In this document: piece after piece, positions 9,801 through 19,316 of the stretch
Layout of the letters: each line of letters begins with the position of its first letter
How positions within the stretch are numbered: position 1 is the stretch's first letter
Position numbers and translations under genes: made by a program
Assembly: GCA_903951325.1 (NCBI GenBank)
Contig: CAJBBN010000088.1
Coordinates: 1 to 57,607 of the forward strand
Length of the DNA stretch: 57,607 nucleotides
Origin: an uncultured bacterium
GTDB taxonomy: Bacteria; Bacteroidota; Bacteroidia; Sphingobacteriales; Sphingobacteriaceae
Direction: 5' to 3'
The notes under the pieces: model-generated
The model's database searches: none
The model's input: the letters and a program-made list of their open reading frames with translations, nothing else
What the model was told of the DNA's origin: nothing

Positions 9801-10075
9801 GTTCTGCCTGGGGTTAAAACGGTATCGCAATAAAAAGCAAGGCCGCTAATATTACCAAGCGAACCAACTTCTGCTTGTGTATATTTAATGGCAGTTCTTT
9901 CGTAAGAACGATTACTACCTAAAGGTTTTCTTCTGATGGTAGTTACAGTAGTTCCATTACCAGTAACTGTGACTGCTGTATTTGCAGTTGGAATGGTAAC
10001 GGTTGTTTGTGCTATTAATTCTGATTGAATAAATAAAATAGCACAAAACAAAAAGAGTAAATGTTTTAATTTCAT
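6890..10075 (-). CDS. 1061-aa T9SS cargo protein with three tandem (Cys-rich Ig-like + GEVED) modules
   Basis: Signal peptide ends ...LIAQ. Three ~250-aa modules each end in MRIRTR....AC..F(G/N)SGETEDY (GEVED-type motif). The C-terminal segment IYPNPAANQL...GIYFYHY is a T9SS sorting domain (about 6893..7123). Confidence 0.8.
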   Translation of the reverse strand: MKLKHLLFLFCAILFIQSELIAQTTVTIPTANTAVTVTGNGTTVTTIRRKPLGSNRSYERTAIKYTQAEVGSLGNISGLAFYCDTVLTPGRTPVKIYIKEVADTTFTASTVAAEEAGATLVFADTLNSTLFVKNTWVPITFSTPFLHANQTNIEIIIETNSGGTAGSDGTALSKGFRFSTKGLVNSTQYWQSGTGSNTPPTINGTLTNFRPNIQLTITTAPACTTPPNAGTALSSAIAACVGNNFTLSLSGSSTGLGLTYQWLSSTNNTSWDTIVGATSVVYQTNQAIAKYYACIIQCNGQKDTSTSVNVTMNPFYNCYCITNLGNSCTGGQGTAIDSVSFTNTTLAKGSTGCATGSYIAYPASGNTTASLTQGETYTLSNKFTGSVKSSVWIDYNRNGIFENSEWKQLSLTSATGTVINNNISIPANAQAGITGMRIRTRSANSTNDSTSACTNFNNSGETEDYLITIVAASACIAPPNPGVLSVTDTLTCANSPVTFSITGNTIGTGQTYTWYSSTDNTNWTAITAATDKVYSTALSANGFYKCVITCSTLSATTNVVQVNVKAFSDCYCVSGIGGNCTTQATALDSLAIEGTTLDNGNTGCGTAAYNSFPNSGSTTGTLMQGQNYILKAKFSGAARASVWIDYNHNGKFDNSEWQLICTSSVANVALSANLNIPLTALTGETGMRIRTRATNGVIDSTVACAAFGSGETEDYKINIIQATACIAPPNAGNVVASKSAVCPGGIVNLAVKGNTIGLGQTYQWIKSSDGKNWTNMTSQSLSTKDTVNTATYYACVLTCSNLNDTTAAQLVKTNPFYNCYCTSTLGGGCVTSLTSIDSVNITNTSMHFGFTGCSLNNYASYPDSGNSTASLHKNFTYELLTKFAGVSRAGAWIDFDHSGSFDSTEFISITDTSILDSVTKTMISIPANASMGKTGMRIRTRAVAGTLTAKDACSQFGSGETEDYVITIDTFVVQGLQNVLADNFVKIYPNPAANQLNVVQLKNKSGKINIYDLNGRMLIAEKLTDGINVISTEQLSSGIYFYHYIDANNNGLSNGKIAIVK
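7166..9412 (-). repeat. Three in-frame tandem ~250-codon modules (aa 222-473, 474-723, 724-970)
   Basis: Each module starts with AC(I/T)(A/T)PPN(A/P)G and contains TY.W, YY.C/FYKC, NCYC/DCYC, VWIDYN.NG...SEW and GETEDY. Boundaries were counted by hand from the translation. Confidence 0.8.
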
Positions 10076-10194
10076 AATTTTGGTTTAGTGTAATTTTAAA
10101 TATAATTAAAATTTGTGTTAAGTTTCAATATTAAGGCGAATTGCTAAAAAATATAGACAAATCGTGGATATTTTGCATCTTTGGTACATTTAAT

Positions 10195-10266
10195 GGCCCT
10201 TTAGTTTAATGGATAGAATGGGAGATTCCGGTTCTCTCGGTACAGGTTCGATTCCTGTAGGGGCCA
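10195..10266 (+). tRNA. tRNA-Arg (anticodon CCG)
   Basis: Cloverleaf folded by hand, 72 nt in total. Acceptor stem is GGCCCTT/AGGGGCC with one G-U pair. D stem is GTTT/GAAT. Anticodon stem is GGAGA/TCTCT with loop TTCCGGT (anticodon CCG at 10228-10230, G37). T arm is ACAGG-TTCGATT-CCTGT. Discriminator is A and CCA is not encoded. The ORF track translates straight through it. Confidence 0.85.
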
Positions 10267-10292
10267 CTACTAATTCGTTTTACAAAATATCT

Positions 10293-12497
10293 ATGCCACG
10301 TAAACTTTTTAAAATCCATTTATTGCTTATTTGTTGTTTTCCATTAACACTTTTTGCGCAAAATTTTGCGGTGAAATTTAGTGTCGATATGCACCAGCAA
10401 ATTATTGCTCCGACGGGTGTGCATGTAGCCGGAAATTTTCAGAGTGAAGCGGGGTTTAATTCGGATTGGGATCCGGCAGCTACTTTATTAACAGATGCAA
10501 ATGCAGATAGCATTTACGAAGTAACATTAAATTTTCCGGCGGGCTATTATGAATATAAATTTGTGAATGGTAACACCTGGGCAGGAGCCGAAAATCCTCC
10601 GCTGTATTGCAGTGTGGGCAGTACTTTTAACCGTTACCAAACAATTACTAATACTATTAATTTACCTGTAGTAGCTTTTAATAAATGCAATATACCTAGC
10701 ACCAATTATGCTACTTATTGGTGGAACGATGCGGTGTTTTATGAAATATTTGTGCGTAGTTTTTATGATAGTAATAACGATGGTATTGGAGATTTTCAAG
10801 GGATCATTCAAAAATTAAATTATTTAAATGATGGTAATCCAAATGCGAATTCAGATTTAGGAATTACTGCATTGTGGCTGATGCCCATGATGGCTTCGCC
10901 AAGTTACCACGGATACGATGTAACAAATTATTATGCAGTAGAACCCGATTATGGCACGATGGCAGATTTTGAAGCACTCCTAGATAGCGCGCATGCACAC
11001 GGTATCAAAATCATCATCGATTATGTAATGAATCATACTTCTAACCAGCATCCATGGTTTACGCAATCGGCTAATAATGTAAATAATTACCGCAATTGGT
11101 ATGTCTGGAGTCCAACAAATCCAGCCTTTTTAGGCCCATGGGGTCAATCAGTATGGCATAATTACAACAACAGTTATTATTACGGGCTTTTTTATAATGG
11201 CATGCCAGATTTAAATTACGAAAATGCAGCAGTAAAAACCGAAATGTTTAAAGTGAGCGATTTTTGGCTCAACAAAGGCGTAGATGGATTTAGGTTAGAT
11301 GCCATTAAATTTTTAGATGAAGATGGTAATGTGCTAGAAAATACGCCAAGCAGTTTTCTATTATTGCAAGAATTTAACGCTTCATATAAAAAAACAAATC
11401 CGACTGCTTTTGCCATTGGAGAAGTTTGGTCTGCAACTCCATCAATTGTACCTTATGTCGAAAATAACAGACTCGATGCATGTTTCGAATTTGGTTTAGC
11501 AGGCGCAATTTTAACTTCAGTAAATAATAAAAATACAGAAGCAATTAAAAATCAAATTAAAGTGGTTGCGCAAGCCTATCCGAGTTTGCAATACGGTACA
11601 TTTTTAACCAACCACGATCAAGACCGAGTGTACACGCAATTAGGAAACGATACTAGCAAAATGAAACTAGCGGCAGCCCAATACCTAACTCTGCCAGGCG
11701 TTCCGTTCATTTACTATGGCGAAGAAGTTGGCATGATTGGTTCGGGTGCAGACGAAAATAAACGCAAACCCATGCAATGGACCGCGGGTACAAATGCAGG
11801 CTTTAGCACACAAACTCCTTGGCAAACACTAGGCGCAAATTATACAACTAATAATGTGCAAACTTTAAGTTTAAACAAAAATTCTATTTGGAATTATTAT
11901 CAAAAATTAATTCAAGCAAGAAACGAAAACGAAGCTTTAAGAAAAGGCTATGTTTTAATATTAGATAATCAAAAAAATACAAACATAGGCTTTGCAAGAA
12001 TTTATAATCAAACAGCCATTTTAAGTGTAAGTAATTTTTCGAATACCAATACCACTGATAGTTTATCTTTAGGTATTTCGACTTTAAATGCAGGCAATTA
12101 CCAAGCAAGTAATTTATTAACCGGCGAAAATTTAGGAATACTTACTATCAATAATGTAGGTGGTTTTACGAATTGGGCAATTCAAGCAAACACGCTCAAA
12201 GCCAGTAGCAATGTGCTAATTAAGCTTACAAATACAAATACGGGCATTGTTTCAGACAAGCTAAAGAAATTTACCATGAGCCCCAATCCGGCACAAACGC
12301 AAATACAATTTGACTTAAAACTTGACGATGGCGATGTTGATTTGGTAATATACGATAGCAATGGCAAGCAAATGCAAGCACAGAAAATTAACCATACAAA
12401 CCATAGTGTCAATATTGATAAATTAGCAACAGGCGTTTATTTTGTAAAAATTTCGAATAAAAAATTTACGCAGATAGAAAGATTGCTTAAGCAATAA
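10293..12497 (+). CDS. GH13 alpha-amylase family enzyme with an N-terminal carbohydrate-binding-like domain and a T9SS C-terminal domain
   Basis: The start was moved to the ATG at 10293 (MPRKLFKIHLLLICCFPLTLFAQ is a signal peptide) because 10209-10266 is the tRNA. All four GH13 regions are present: DYVMNHTS, GFRLDAIKF, GEVWS and FLTNHDQDR. The C-terminal 75 aa (12270..12494) read SPNPAQTQ...GVYFVKI. Confidence 0.85.
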   Translation: MPRKLFKIHLLLICCFPLTLFAQNFAVKFSVDMHQQIIAPTGVHVAGNFQSEAGFNSDWDPAATLLTDANADSIYEVTLNFPAGYYEYKFVNGNTWAGAENPPLYCSVGSTFNRYQTITNTINLPVVAFNKCNIPSTNYATYWWNDAVFYEIFVRSFYDSNNDGIGDFQGIIQKLNYLNDGNPNANSDLGITALWLMPMMASPSYHGYDVTNYYAVEPDYGTMADFEALLDSAHAHGIKIIIDYVMNHTSNQHPWFTQSANNVNNYRNWYVWSPTNPAFLGPWGQSVWHNYNNSYYYGLFYNGMPDLNYENAAVKTEMFKVSDFWLNKGVDGFRLDAIKFLDEDGNVLENTPSSFLLLQEFNASYKKTNPTAFAIGEVWSATPSIVPYVENNRLDACFEFGLAGAILTSVNNKNTEAIKNQIKVVAQAYPSLQYGTFLTNHDQDRVYTQLGNDTSKMKLAAAQYLTLPGVPFIYYGEEVGMIGSGADENKRKPMQWTAGTNAGFSTQTPWQTLGANYTTNNVQTLSLNKNSIWNYYQKLIQARNENEALRKGYVLILDNQKNTNIGFARIYNQTAILSVSNFSNTNTTDSLSLGISTLNAGNYQASNLLTGENLGILTINNVGGFTNWAIQANTLKASSNVLIKLTNTNTGIVSDKLKKFTMSPNPAQTQIQFDLKLDDGDVDLVIYDSNGKQMQAQKINHTNHSVNIDKLATGVYFVKISNKKFTQIERLLKQ

Positions 12498-13397
12498 TTA
12501 AATTTGTTGAAAATGTACGCGATCGTTTTTGCTTGTAATTTTTACAGGGTACTGTAATTTTAAGGCAAAATTAAACTCTAAATGACCAGCCGGAAAATTA
12601 AAATAAATGGGGAAATTATATTTTTTACAAAGCCCTAAAATAATTTCTTCAACCGTACTGCCAAATGGAATTTCGTGGTCTTTCATAGCCGTCATTCCTC
12701 CTATTAATAAGCCTTTCAGACCTTTTAATTTTCCTGCTCGATCTAAACTAATCATCATTCTATCGATGTGATATAAATACTCGTCGAGGTCTTCTAGAAA
12801 TAAAATTTTACCATTAGTATCAATGTCACTATCACTTCCTTGCAATGCATATATTAAAGATAAATTTCCGCCCACTAAATCTCCTTCTGCATCACCAGCT
12901 TTATTAAACTTAGTAATTGGAAAAGAAATTTCATTGCTTTCGCCCATTAATGCGCGGCGCATGGAATGCAAAGTTTCATGATCAATTTCTGTAGGAAAAA
13001 GCGAAGGCATGGAGCAATGAATACTAGCTACACCCAGGCTTGTTAAATGCGAATGTAAAACGGTCACATCCGAAAAACCGCAAATCCATTTTGGATTTTT
13101 TAAAAATCGGTCCCAATTGATATCGTCGATTATTTGCATGGTGCCATAACCGCCGCGAGCGCATAAAATGGCATCTATATTGTCATCGTCTAAAAATTCC
13201 TGAAAATTAGCTAATCTTTGTTCGGCAGTACCAGCAAATTGGTGATGTGCTAAGCCAATACTGCTTCCTAAAACTACTTTTAGCCCCCAACTTTCTAATA
13301 AATTGATGGTAAATTGCAGTGCAGCTGCATTTATTTTGCGCGCGGTACTTAAAATACCTATTGTATCGCCTTTTTTAAGGTTTCTTGGAATGTGCAT
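12498..13397 (-). CDS. ldcA: LD-carboxypeptidase (peptidase S66, muramoyltetrapeptide carboxypeptidase-like)
   Basis: GDTIGI.S.A at the N-terminus, ARGGYG, nucleophile motif GFSDVT.LH, and a C-terminal GH.. region. The length (299 aa) is typical. Confidence 0.8.
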   Translation of the reverse strand: MHIPRNLKKGDTIGILSTARKINAAALQFTINLLESWGLKVVLGSSIGLAHHQFAGTAEQRLANFQEFLDDDNIDAILCARGGYGTMQIIDDINWDRFLKNPKWICGFSDVTVLHSHLTSLGVASIHCSMPSLFPTEIDHETLHSMRRALMGESNEISFPITKFNKAGDAEGDLVGGNLSLIYALQGSDSDIDTNGKILFLEDLDEYLYHIDRMMISLDRAGKLKGLKGLLIGGMTAMKDHEIPFGSTVEEIILGLCKKYNFPIYFNFPAGHLEFNFALKLQYPVKITSKNDRVHFQQI

Positions 13398-13411
13398 TGC
13401 GTTTAAAGCAT

Positions 13412-13419
13412 TATCTTTG
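13412..13419 (+). promoter_or_regulatory. Candidate Bacteroidota -7 promoter box (TAnnTTTG) for metG
   Basis: TATCTTTG lies 28 nt upstream of the metG start, in the divergent ldcA/metG intergenic region. No well-spaced -33 TTG was found. Confidence 0.3.
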
Positions 13420-13446
13420 CCAAATTAGATATTATATACCAAAGTT

Positions 13447-15480
13447 TTGGAAGATCAATTTAAAAGAACGACTGTTACCGCTGCTTTACCATATGCAAAT
13501 GGTCCGGTTCATATAGGCCATTTGGCAGGTTGCTATTTGCCTGCAGATATTTACGCGCGTTATCTTCGTTCTAAAGGTAAAGATGTGAAATTTATTTGTG
13601 GTTCCGATGAACACGGTGCCGCAATTTCTATTAGAGCAAAAAAAGAAGGCATTAGCTCACAACAAGTCATCGATAAGTACCATAAAATGATGGGCGATGC
13701 TTTTAAAGATTTTGGTATTTCTTTCGATATATACGCTAGAACTTCTTCTCCAACACACCATAAAACAGCTTCTGAATTTTTCACCAATCTTTACGAAAAA
13801 AATATTTTTTCGGAAGAAATAACGGAGCAATATTACGACGAACAAGCAAAGCAGTTTTTAGCAGACAGATATATTGTGGGCACTTGTCCAAATTGCAATA
13901 ACGAAAACGCGTACGGAGATCAATGCGAAAATTGTGGTAGCACTTTAAATGCAACCGATTTAATCAACCCGCATTCTACATTGTCTGGCGCCGTGCCAAT
14001 TTTAAAAACAACTAAAAATTGGTTCTTGCCTTTAGACAAAATGCAAGGCGATATCGAAAATTACATTGATTCCCATAAAGACTGGAAAGCCAATGTATAT
14101 GGGCAATGTAAGTCGTGGTTAAACCAAGGCTTGCAACCGCGCGCCATGACACGCGATTTAGATTGGGGTGTAAAAGTTCCATTGAAAGATGCCGAAGGAA
14201 AAGTTTTATATGTTTGGTTTGATGCACCCATTGGTTATATTTCTGCTACGAAAGAATTAACACCCGATTGGGAAAAATATTGGAAAAGCAAAGACACCAA
14301 ATTGGTGCATTTTATCGGAAAAGATAATATTGTTTTTCATTGTATTATTTTCCCTGCTATTTTAATGGCACATGGCGATTATATTTTACCAGAAAATGTA
14401 CCCGCCAACGAATTTTTAAATTTAGAAGGCGAAAAAATTTCTACTTCTAGAAATTGGGCAGTTTGGTTACACGAATACTTGCAAGATTTTGCTGGCAAGC
14501 AAGACATATTGAGATATGTGCTTTGTGCAAATGCACCCGAAACCAAAGACAACGATTTTACTTGGAAAGATTTTCAGGCCAGAAACAACAACGAGCTAGT
14601 AGCCGTTTTCGGCAACTTTATTAACCGCGTAATGGTTTTGAGTCATAAGTATTTTGATGGCAAAGCCGGCGAGATCAAAGACTGTACGCCATACGATTTA
14701 GCAGTACTTGCCGAAATGCAAGCGTATCCAGCAAAAATTGCCAAATCAATTGAGCAGTATCGATTCAGAGAAGCGCTTGTCGAATTAATGAATTTAGCGC
14801 GTTTAGGAAATAAGTATTTAGCCGATACCGAACCTTGGAAAATTAGTAAAGAGGAATCGCAAAGGATAGCCACTATTTTAGCCATCAGTTTGCAAATAGC
14901 CGCAAACTTGGCCATACTTTCAGAACCATTTTTACCATTTACTTCTAAAAGTTTATTTGAACAATTAAATTTAACAAGTTCCGATTGGAATACAGCAGGC
15001 GCTGCAAACTTAATACCTGCAGGGCATCAGCTAGGAGCGGCTACTTTATTATTTGCAAAAATAGAAGACGAACAAATGGATGCGCAACTTGCAAAATTGA
15101 CCGCGTCTAAAAAAGAAAACGAAAAAGCAAACCATCAAATGGAAGCACAAAAACCACTGATTACTTTCGATGATTTTAGTAATAACGATATGCGTGTAGG
15201 TACTATCATAGCTGCCAAACGCGTACCTAAAACTAAAAATTTATTGAAAATGACCATCGATACCGGTATCGATCAAAGAACCGTAGTATCTGGTATTGCG
15301 GCATATTACGAACCCGAAAATATCATTGGCCAACAAGTAACTATATTGGTAAACCTAGCACCTAGAGACATCAAAGGCATTACTTCAGAAGGTATGATAT
15401 TAATGGCAGAAAATGCAGACGGAAGTTTAGTATTTATAGCACCCACAAAAGCAATTAGCAACGGCGGAAGCGTCAAATAA
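13447..15480 (+). CDS. metG: Methionine--tRNA ligase
   Basis: TTG start. Contains the HIGH motif (PVHIGHLAG), a zinc knuckle ([18 protein letters not shown]), a KMSKS-type motif (KISTSRN) and a C-terminal tRNA-binding domain ([14 protein letters not shown]...). Confidence 0.95.
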   Translation: MEDQFKRTTVTAALPYANGPVHIGHLAGCYLPADIYARYLRSKGKDVKFICGSDEHGAAISIRAKKEGISSQQVIDKYHKMMGDAFKDFGISFDIYARTSSPTHHKTASEFFTNLYEKNIFSEEITEQYYDEQAKQFLADRYIVGTCPNCNNENAYGDQCENCGSTLNATDLINPHSTLSGAVPILKTTKNWFLPLDKMQGDIENYIDSHKDWKANVYGQCKSWLNQGLQPRAMTRDLDWGVKVPLKDAEGKVLYVWFDAPIGYISATKELTPDWEKYWKSKDTKLVHFIGKDNIVFHCIIFPAILMAHGDYILPENVPANEFLNLEGEKISTSRNWAVWLHEYLQDFAGKQDILRYVLCANAPETKDNDFTWKDFQARNNNELVAVFGNFINRVMVLSHKYFDGKAGEIKDCTPYDLAVLAEMQAYPAKIAKSIEQYRFREALVELMNLARLGNKYLADTEPWKISKEESQRIATILAISLQIAANLAILSEPFLPFTSKSLFEQLNLTSSDWNTAGAANLIPAGHQLGAATLLFAKIEDEQMDAQLAKLTASKKENEKANHQMEAQKPLITFDDFSNNDMRVGTIIAAKRVPKTKNLLKMTIDTGIDQRTVVSGIAAYYEPENIIGQQVTILVNLAPRDIKGITSEGMILMAENADGSLVFIAPTKAISNGGSVK

Positions 15481-15505
15481 ATTTTAATTTTTTTAAATCC
15501 ACAAC

Positions 15506-16690
15506 ATGAGCATTTCTTTTGAACAAAAAAGTAAAATAATTATTACTTGCCCCAAATTTATTGCTCCATATTTAAGCAAAGAGGTAACAGATTTAGGTTA
15601 TACCATAACAGAGCAATGGTCTACCGGTGTTGCCATTGAAGGAACCATCAATGATTGCATTAAACTTAATTTTTACATTCGTACGGGCAACCAAGTGTTA
15701 TGGTTAATTAAAGATTTTGAAGCGGTGAACGCCGATTTAATGTATAAAGAAGCCTTAACCATCGATTGGGAAAACATCATTAAAAAAGATGGCTATTTAT
15801 GCATCACTTCCAATGTCGAAAACGATACCATCGATAATAATTTATTTGCCAATGTTAAATTGAAAGATGCGATTGTTGATCGTATGAAAGAAAAATTTGG
15901 CATCAGACCAGACAGCGGCCCGGAAAGAAATAAATTAGTAATTCATTTATTTTGGCGAGAAAACCAAGTGTCGGTTTTTATCGATACTTCGGGCGAAACA
16001 TTATCTAAACATAATTACAGAAAACTACCAGGTTCGGCACCAATGCAAGAAAACTTAGCCGCGGCAACCATTATGGCCAGTGGCTGGGATGGTAAAACAG
16101 ACTTTGTAAATCCAATGTGCGGTAGCGGCACGCTAGCTATTGAAGCGGCATTAATGGCCTTGAATAAATATCCTGGTTTGCTAAGAGCTTATTATAGCTT
16201 CATGCATATCGAAGGATACAACGACGAATACTATCAATCTATTAGAACAGAAGGCAGAGCCATTGCATTAAAAAGCACACCAGCCAAAATAATTGCAACA
16301 GACATTAATCCAAATGCAATTAATGCTACACGCATGAATGCGCAAACTGCAGGAGTCGATCATATCATTGATTTTGAAGTGTGTGATTTTAGAGATACCA
16401 AAGTGCCTTCAGATAATCTAGGTGTAGTGATGATTAATCCAGAGTACGGCGAAAGGCTAGGAGAATACGAAGATTTAGAAATTATTTATAAAGCCATTGG
16501 CGATTTCTTAAAAACAAGTTGTCAAGGTTATAAAGGATTTATTTTTACGGCCAGTCCTAATCTTGCTAAAAAAGTAGGATTGAAGGCTTCACAAAAAACA
16601 GAATTTTTTAATAGTAAATTAGAATGTCGCTTACTTGCTTACGAATTATATGGCGGCAGTAAACGCGAACCCAAAATAGTATCACAATAA
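15506..16690 (+). CDS. THUMP-domain class I SAM-dependent RNA methyltransferase (RlmL/RlmK N-terminal-like)
   Basis: N-terminal ferredoxin-like/THUMP region, SAM motif I (DPMCGSGT-like: NPMCGSGTLAIEA) and motif IV (NPEYGERLG). Confidence 0.8.
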   Translation: MSISFEQKSKIIITCPKFIAPYLSKEVTDLGYTITEQWSTGVAIEGTINDCIKLNFYIRTGNQVLWLIKDFEAVNADLMYKEALTIDWENIIKKDGYLCITSNVENDTIDNNLFANVKLKDAIVDRMKEKFGIRPDSGPERNKLVIHLFWRENQVSVFIDTSGETLSKHNYRKLPGSAPMQENLAAATIMASGWDGKTDFVNPMCGSGTLAIEAALMALNKYPGLLRAYYSFMHIEGYNDEYYQSIRTEGRAIALKSTPAKIIATDINPNAINATRMNAQTAGVDHIIDFEVCDFRDTKVPSDNLGVVMINPEYGERLGEYEDLEIIYKAIGDFLKTSCQGYKGFIFTASPNLAKKVGLKASQKTEFFNSKLECRLLAYELYGGSKREPKIVSQ

Positions 16691-16702
16691 AAAGCTAACA
16701 AC

Positions 16703-19267
16703 ATGATAAGAAAATCAAACTTACCTATGGCGATTGTATTCGCTAGTATTTTATGCTGCAATGCAAGCTTTGCACAAAAAAACAAAAACGCTGCACCCGT
16801 TGCTGCTACTGCAACAGATGCACCTAAAAAAGAAGCTAAGAAAACCATTAAAGAAATCATAAAGCCTACCAAGCTGAGCGATGGTTTATTTGCCATGTAT
16901 CAAGACACTGCCATAGGCACTGTTTACATGAAAATTAAAAAAGAACAATTAAACAAAGAATATATTTATTTTAATTATGCCGAAAACGGTGTGGTTTCGG
17001 CAGGTGCTTTTAAAGGATCTTTCAGAGACAACGAAGTTTTTTCGATTCGAAAATATTTTGATAGAATAGAATTCGTTAAAGAAAATACTAATTATTATTT
17101 CGATCCAGCTAATCCAATTTCAAAATCGGCCGATGCCAACATCAACAAACCAATTTTAGCTTCTTTAAAAATTGTGGCAGAAGAAGGCGAAAATTATTTA
17201 CTGAAAGCAGACGAATTATTTTTAGTCGAAAATTTATCACAAATAAAACCTTCACCTAACCCCAATGCCAAGCCAGGCGCTAGTTTTACCTTGGGCACGC
17301 TGAGTAAAGAAAAAACAAAATTTGCGAGCATTCGTAATTATCCAAAAAATACAGATGTAATTGTAGAATATGTTTACGATAATCCTGCACCTTCAAATGG
17401 CGGCGGACCAGATGTAACAGATGCAAGATCGGTAACGGTTAAAATTCAACATTCTATTATTGAAATGCCAAAAAATAATTTTAAGCCACGTTACGACGAT
17501 CCGCGCATTGGTTATTTTATGCAACAAATAGAAGACATGACTACGCAAAAGGCGACGCCTTATAAAGATGTAATTAACAGATGGAATTTAGAAAAGAAAG
17601 ACCCATCAGCAACTTTATCGGAACCCATTGAACCCATTACTTGGTGGATAGAAAACACAACCCCCGAAGAATTTAGACCAACCATTAAAGAAGCGATTTT
17701 AACTTGGAACCAAGCATTTGAAAAAGCAGGATTTAAAAATGCGATCCGCTGCGAAGTGCAACCAGACACGGCTTCGTGGGATGCAGGCGATATTCGATAT
17801 AATGTTTTACGCTGGACATCTTCTCCGTTCCCGCCATTTGGTGGCTATGGTCCAAGTTTTGTAAATCCTAAAACTGGACAAATTATTGGTGCAGATATTA
17901 TGTTAGAGTATGTGTTTTTTACCAATCGCTTAAAACAAGAAAAATTATTTGACGCTACATCGCAAACTTTTCAAGCAAATGAATTTACCCAAAACAACTT
18001 TTGCGATATCGGAAATTATTTTAGTCAAGCAACGCAATTTGGCAACGCGGCTTTAATGGCTTATAGTGCAACAGATGTTGAAAAAAGTAATTACATAAAA
18101 CAGTCTTTATACTATTTAGTGTTACACGAAGTAGGGCACACTTTCGGTTTAAATCATAATATGAAAGCTAGTCAATTACATAGCCCAGCGAACATTAACA
18201 ATACTACTTTAACTAAACAGATTTGACTAACTGGTTCTGTGATGGATTATCCTGCTGCAAACATTGCATTGGATAGAACCAAGCAGGGGCAGTACTTTAC
18301 TACCAAACCAGGCCCTTACGATTTGTGGGCAATTGAATTTGGTTACAGCACATCTGCTGCAAATGAAAAAGAAGAAACCGAAAGGTTATTAAAAATTGCA
18401 GCGCGCTCGAGCGATCCGCAATTGACTTTTGGAAACGATGCCGACGATATGCGTGCAGCAGGTAAAGGAATTGATCCAAGAGTAATGATCAACGATTTAA
18501 CAAGCGATGCCATTTCTTATTCGATAGACCGCATGAAACTTTCGAATAATTTAATGAAGAAATTAAAATCAAAATACATTAAAGAAGGACAATCTTATCA
18601 AGAAATGCGTAATGCTTATTTAGTAGCAGCAGGCGAATACAATACGGCAGCTGGTGTTATTTCGAGATACATTGGTGGCGTTTATATTGACAGAAGTTTT
18701 CCGGAACAAAAAAGCGCTGTAAAGCCTATTACTGCTGTAAGTTATGCAGATCAAAAAAGAGCAATGAAAGCTTTATCCGACTATGTTTTTGCGCCTAAAG
18801 CTTTTGATTTACCAGCAGATTTATACCAATACTTGCAATACCAAAGAAGAGGTTTTAGCGGTGGAAACGAAGATCCAAAAATTCACGAACGTGTGTTAAA
18901 TATTCAAAAAGGAATCTTCGCACATATTTTAAGTGCCAATGTTTTAAAGCGAATTTCGGATGGTGGTTTATATGGCAATCAGTATGCTGTAGCCGAAATG
19001 ATGAACGATTTAACCGTTGCCATTTTTAATGCCGATGCACAAACTGCAGTGAATGGATTTAGACAAAACTTACAATTGGCTTATGTAAATAATTTAATTG
19101 AAATTGTGAATGGGGTTAGTTTTGATTATCGCGCGCAATCAAATGCATTAGCGAATTTAAGAAAAATAAAAGTGATTGCGGGAGCGGCTGCAGCGCTAGC
19201 AGATGCAGATTCAAAGGCACACAGAGCCAATGTCATTTATACAATCAATAAAGGTTTAGAGAAATAA
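16703..19267 (+). pseudogene. Secreted zinc metalloprotease (DUF5117/DUF4953-type met-zincin) interrupted by one in-frame TGA at 18224..18226
   Basis: Track ORFs 16703..18226 and 18239..19267 are in the same frame. Across the junction the reading is ...TLTKQI-TGA-LTGSVMDYPAAN. The HExxH site (LHEVGHTFGLNHN) is upstream of the stop, and the SVMDYP segment that normally follows it is downstream. Signal peptide ends ...SFAQ. Confidence 0.7.
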
Positions 19268-19289
19268 TTTTTAAACTCAACATAAAAAC

Positions 19290-19311
19290 GGGCTCGTATA
19301 ATTGCGAGCCC
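19290..19311. terminator. Hairpin terminator between convergent genes
   Basis: GGGCTCG (19290-19296), loop TATAATTG, CGAGCCC (19305-19311), followed by TTTTTTT. Confidence 0.65.
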
Positions 19312-19316
19312 TTTTT

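Noticed and set aside
10209-10292. The 5' extension of the amylase ORF (MDRMGDSGSLGTGSIPVGATT...).
   Set aside because: It is the translation of the tRNA-Arg gene. The true start at 10293 gives a proper signal peptide.
12495-12500. Convergent amylase and ldcA genes end back-to-back with no intergenic base and no terminator. There is a similar TTAA stop overlap at 4254..4257.
   Set aside because: Tight convergent packing is common in compact bacterial genomes. I saw no additional structure.
18224-18226. TGA in the metalloprotease read as genetic-code reassignment (code 4 Trp, code 25 Gly) or as selenocysteine.
   Set aside because: TGA clearly terminates anmK (23963-23965) and the histidine kinase (27622-27624). 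The genome also keeps an RF2 gene whose autoregulation depends on UGA being read as stop. Downstream I saw only weak pairings (GGTTCT/AGAACC, TGCAA/TTGCA) and no convincing SECIS-like hairpin at the expected distance. A nonsense mutation, a sequencing error or leaky read-through are more likely.
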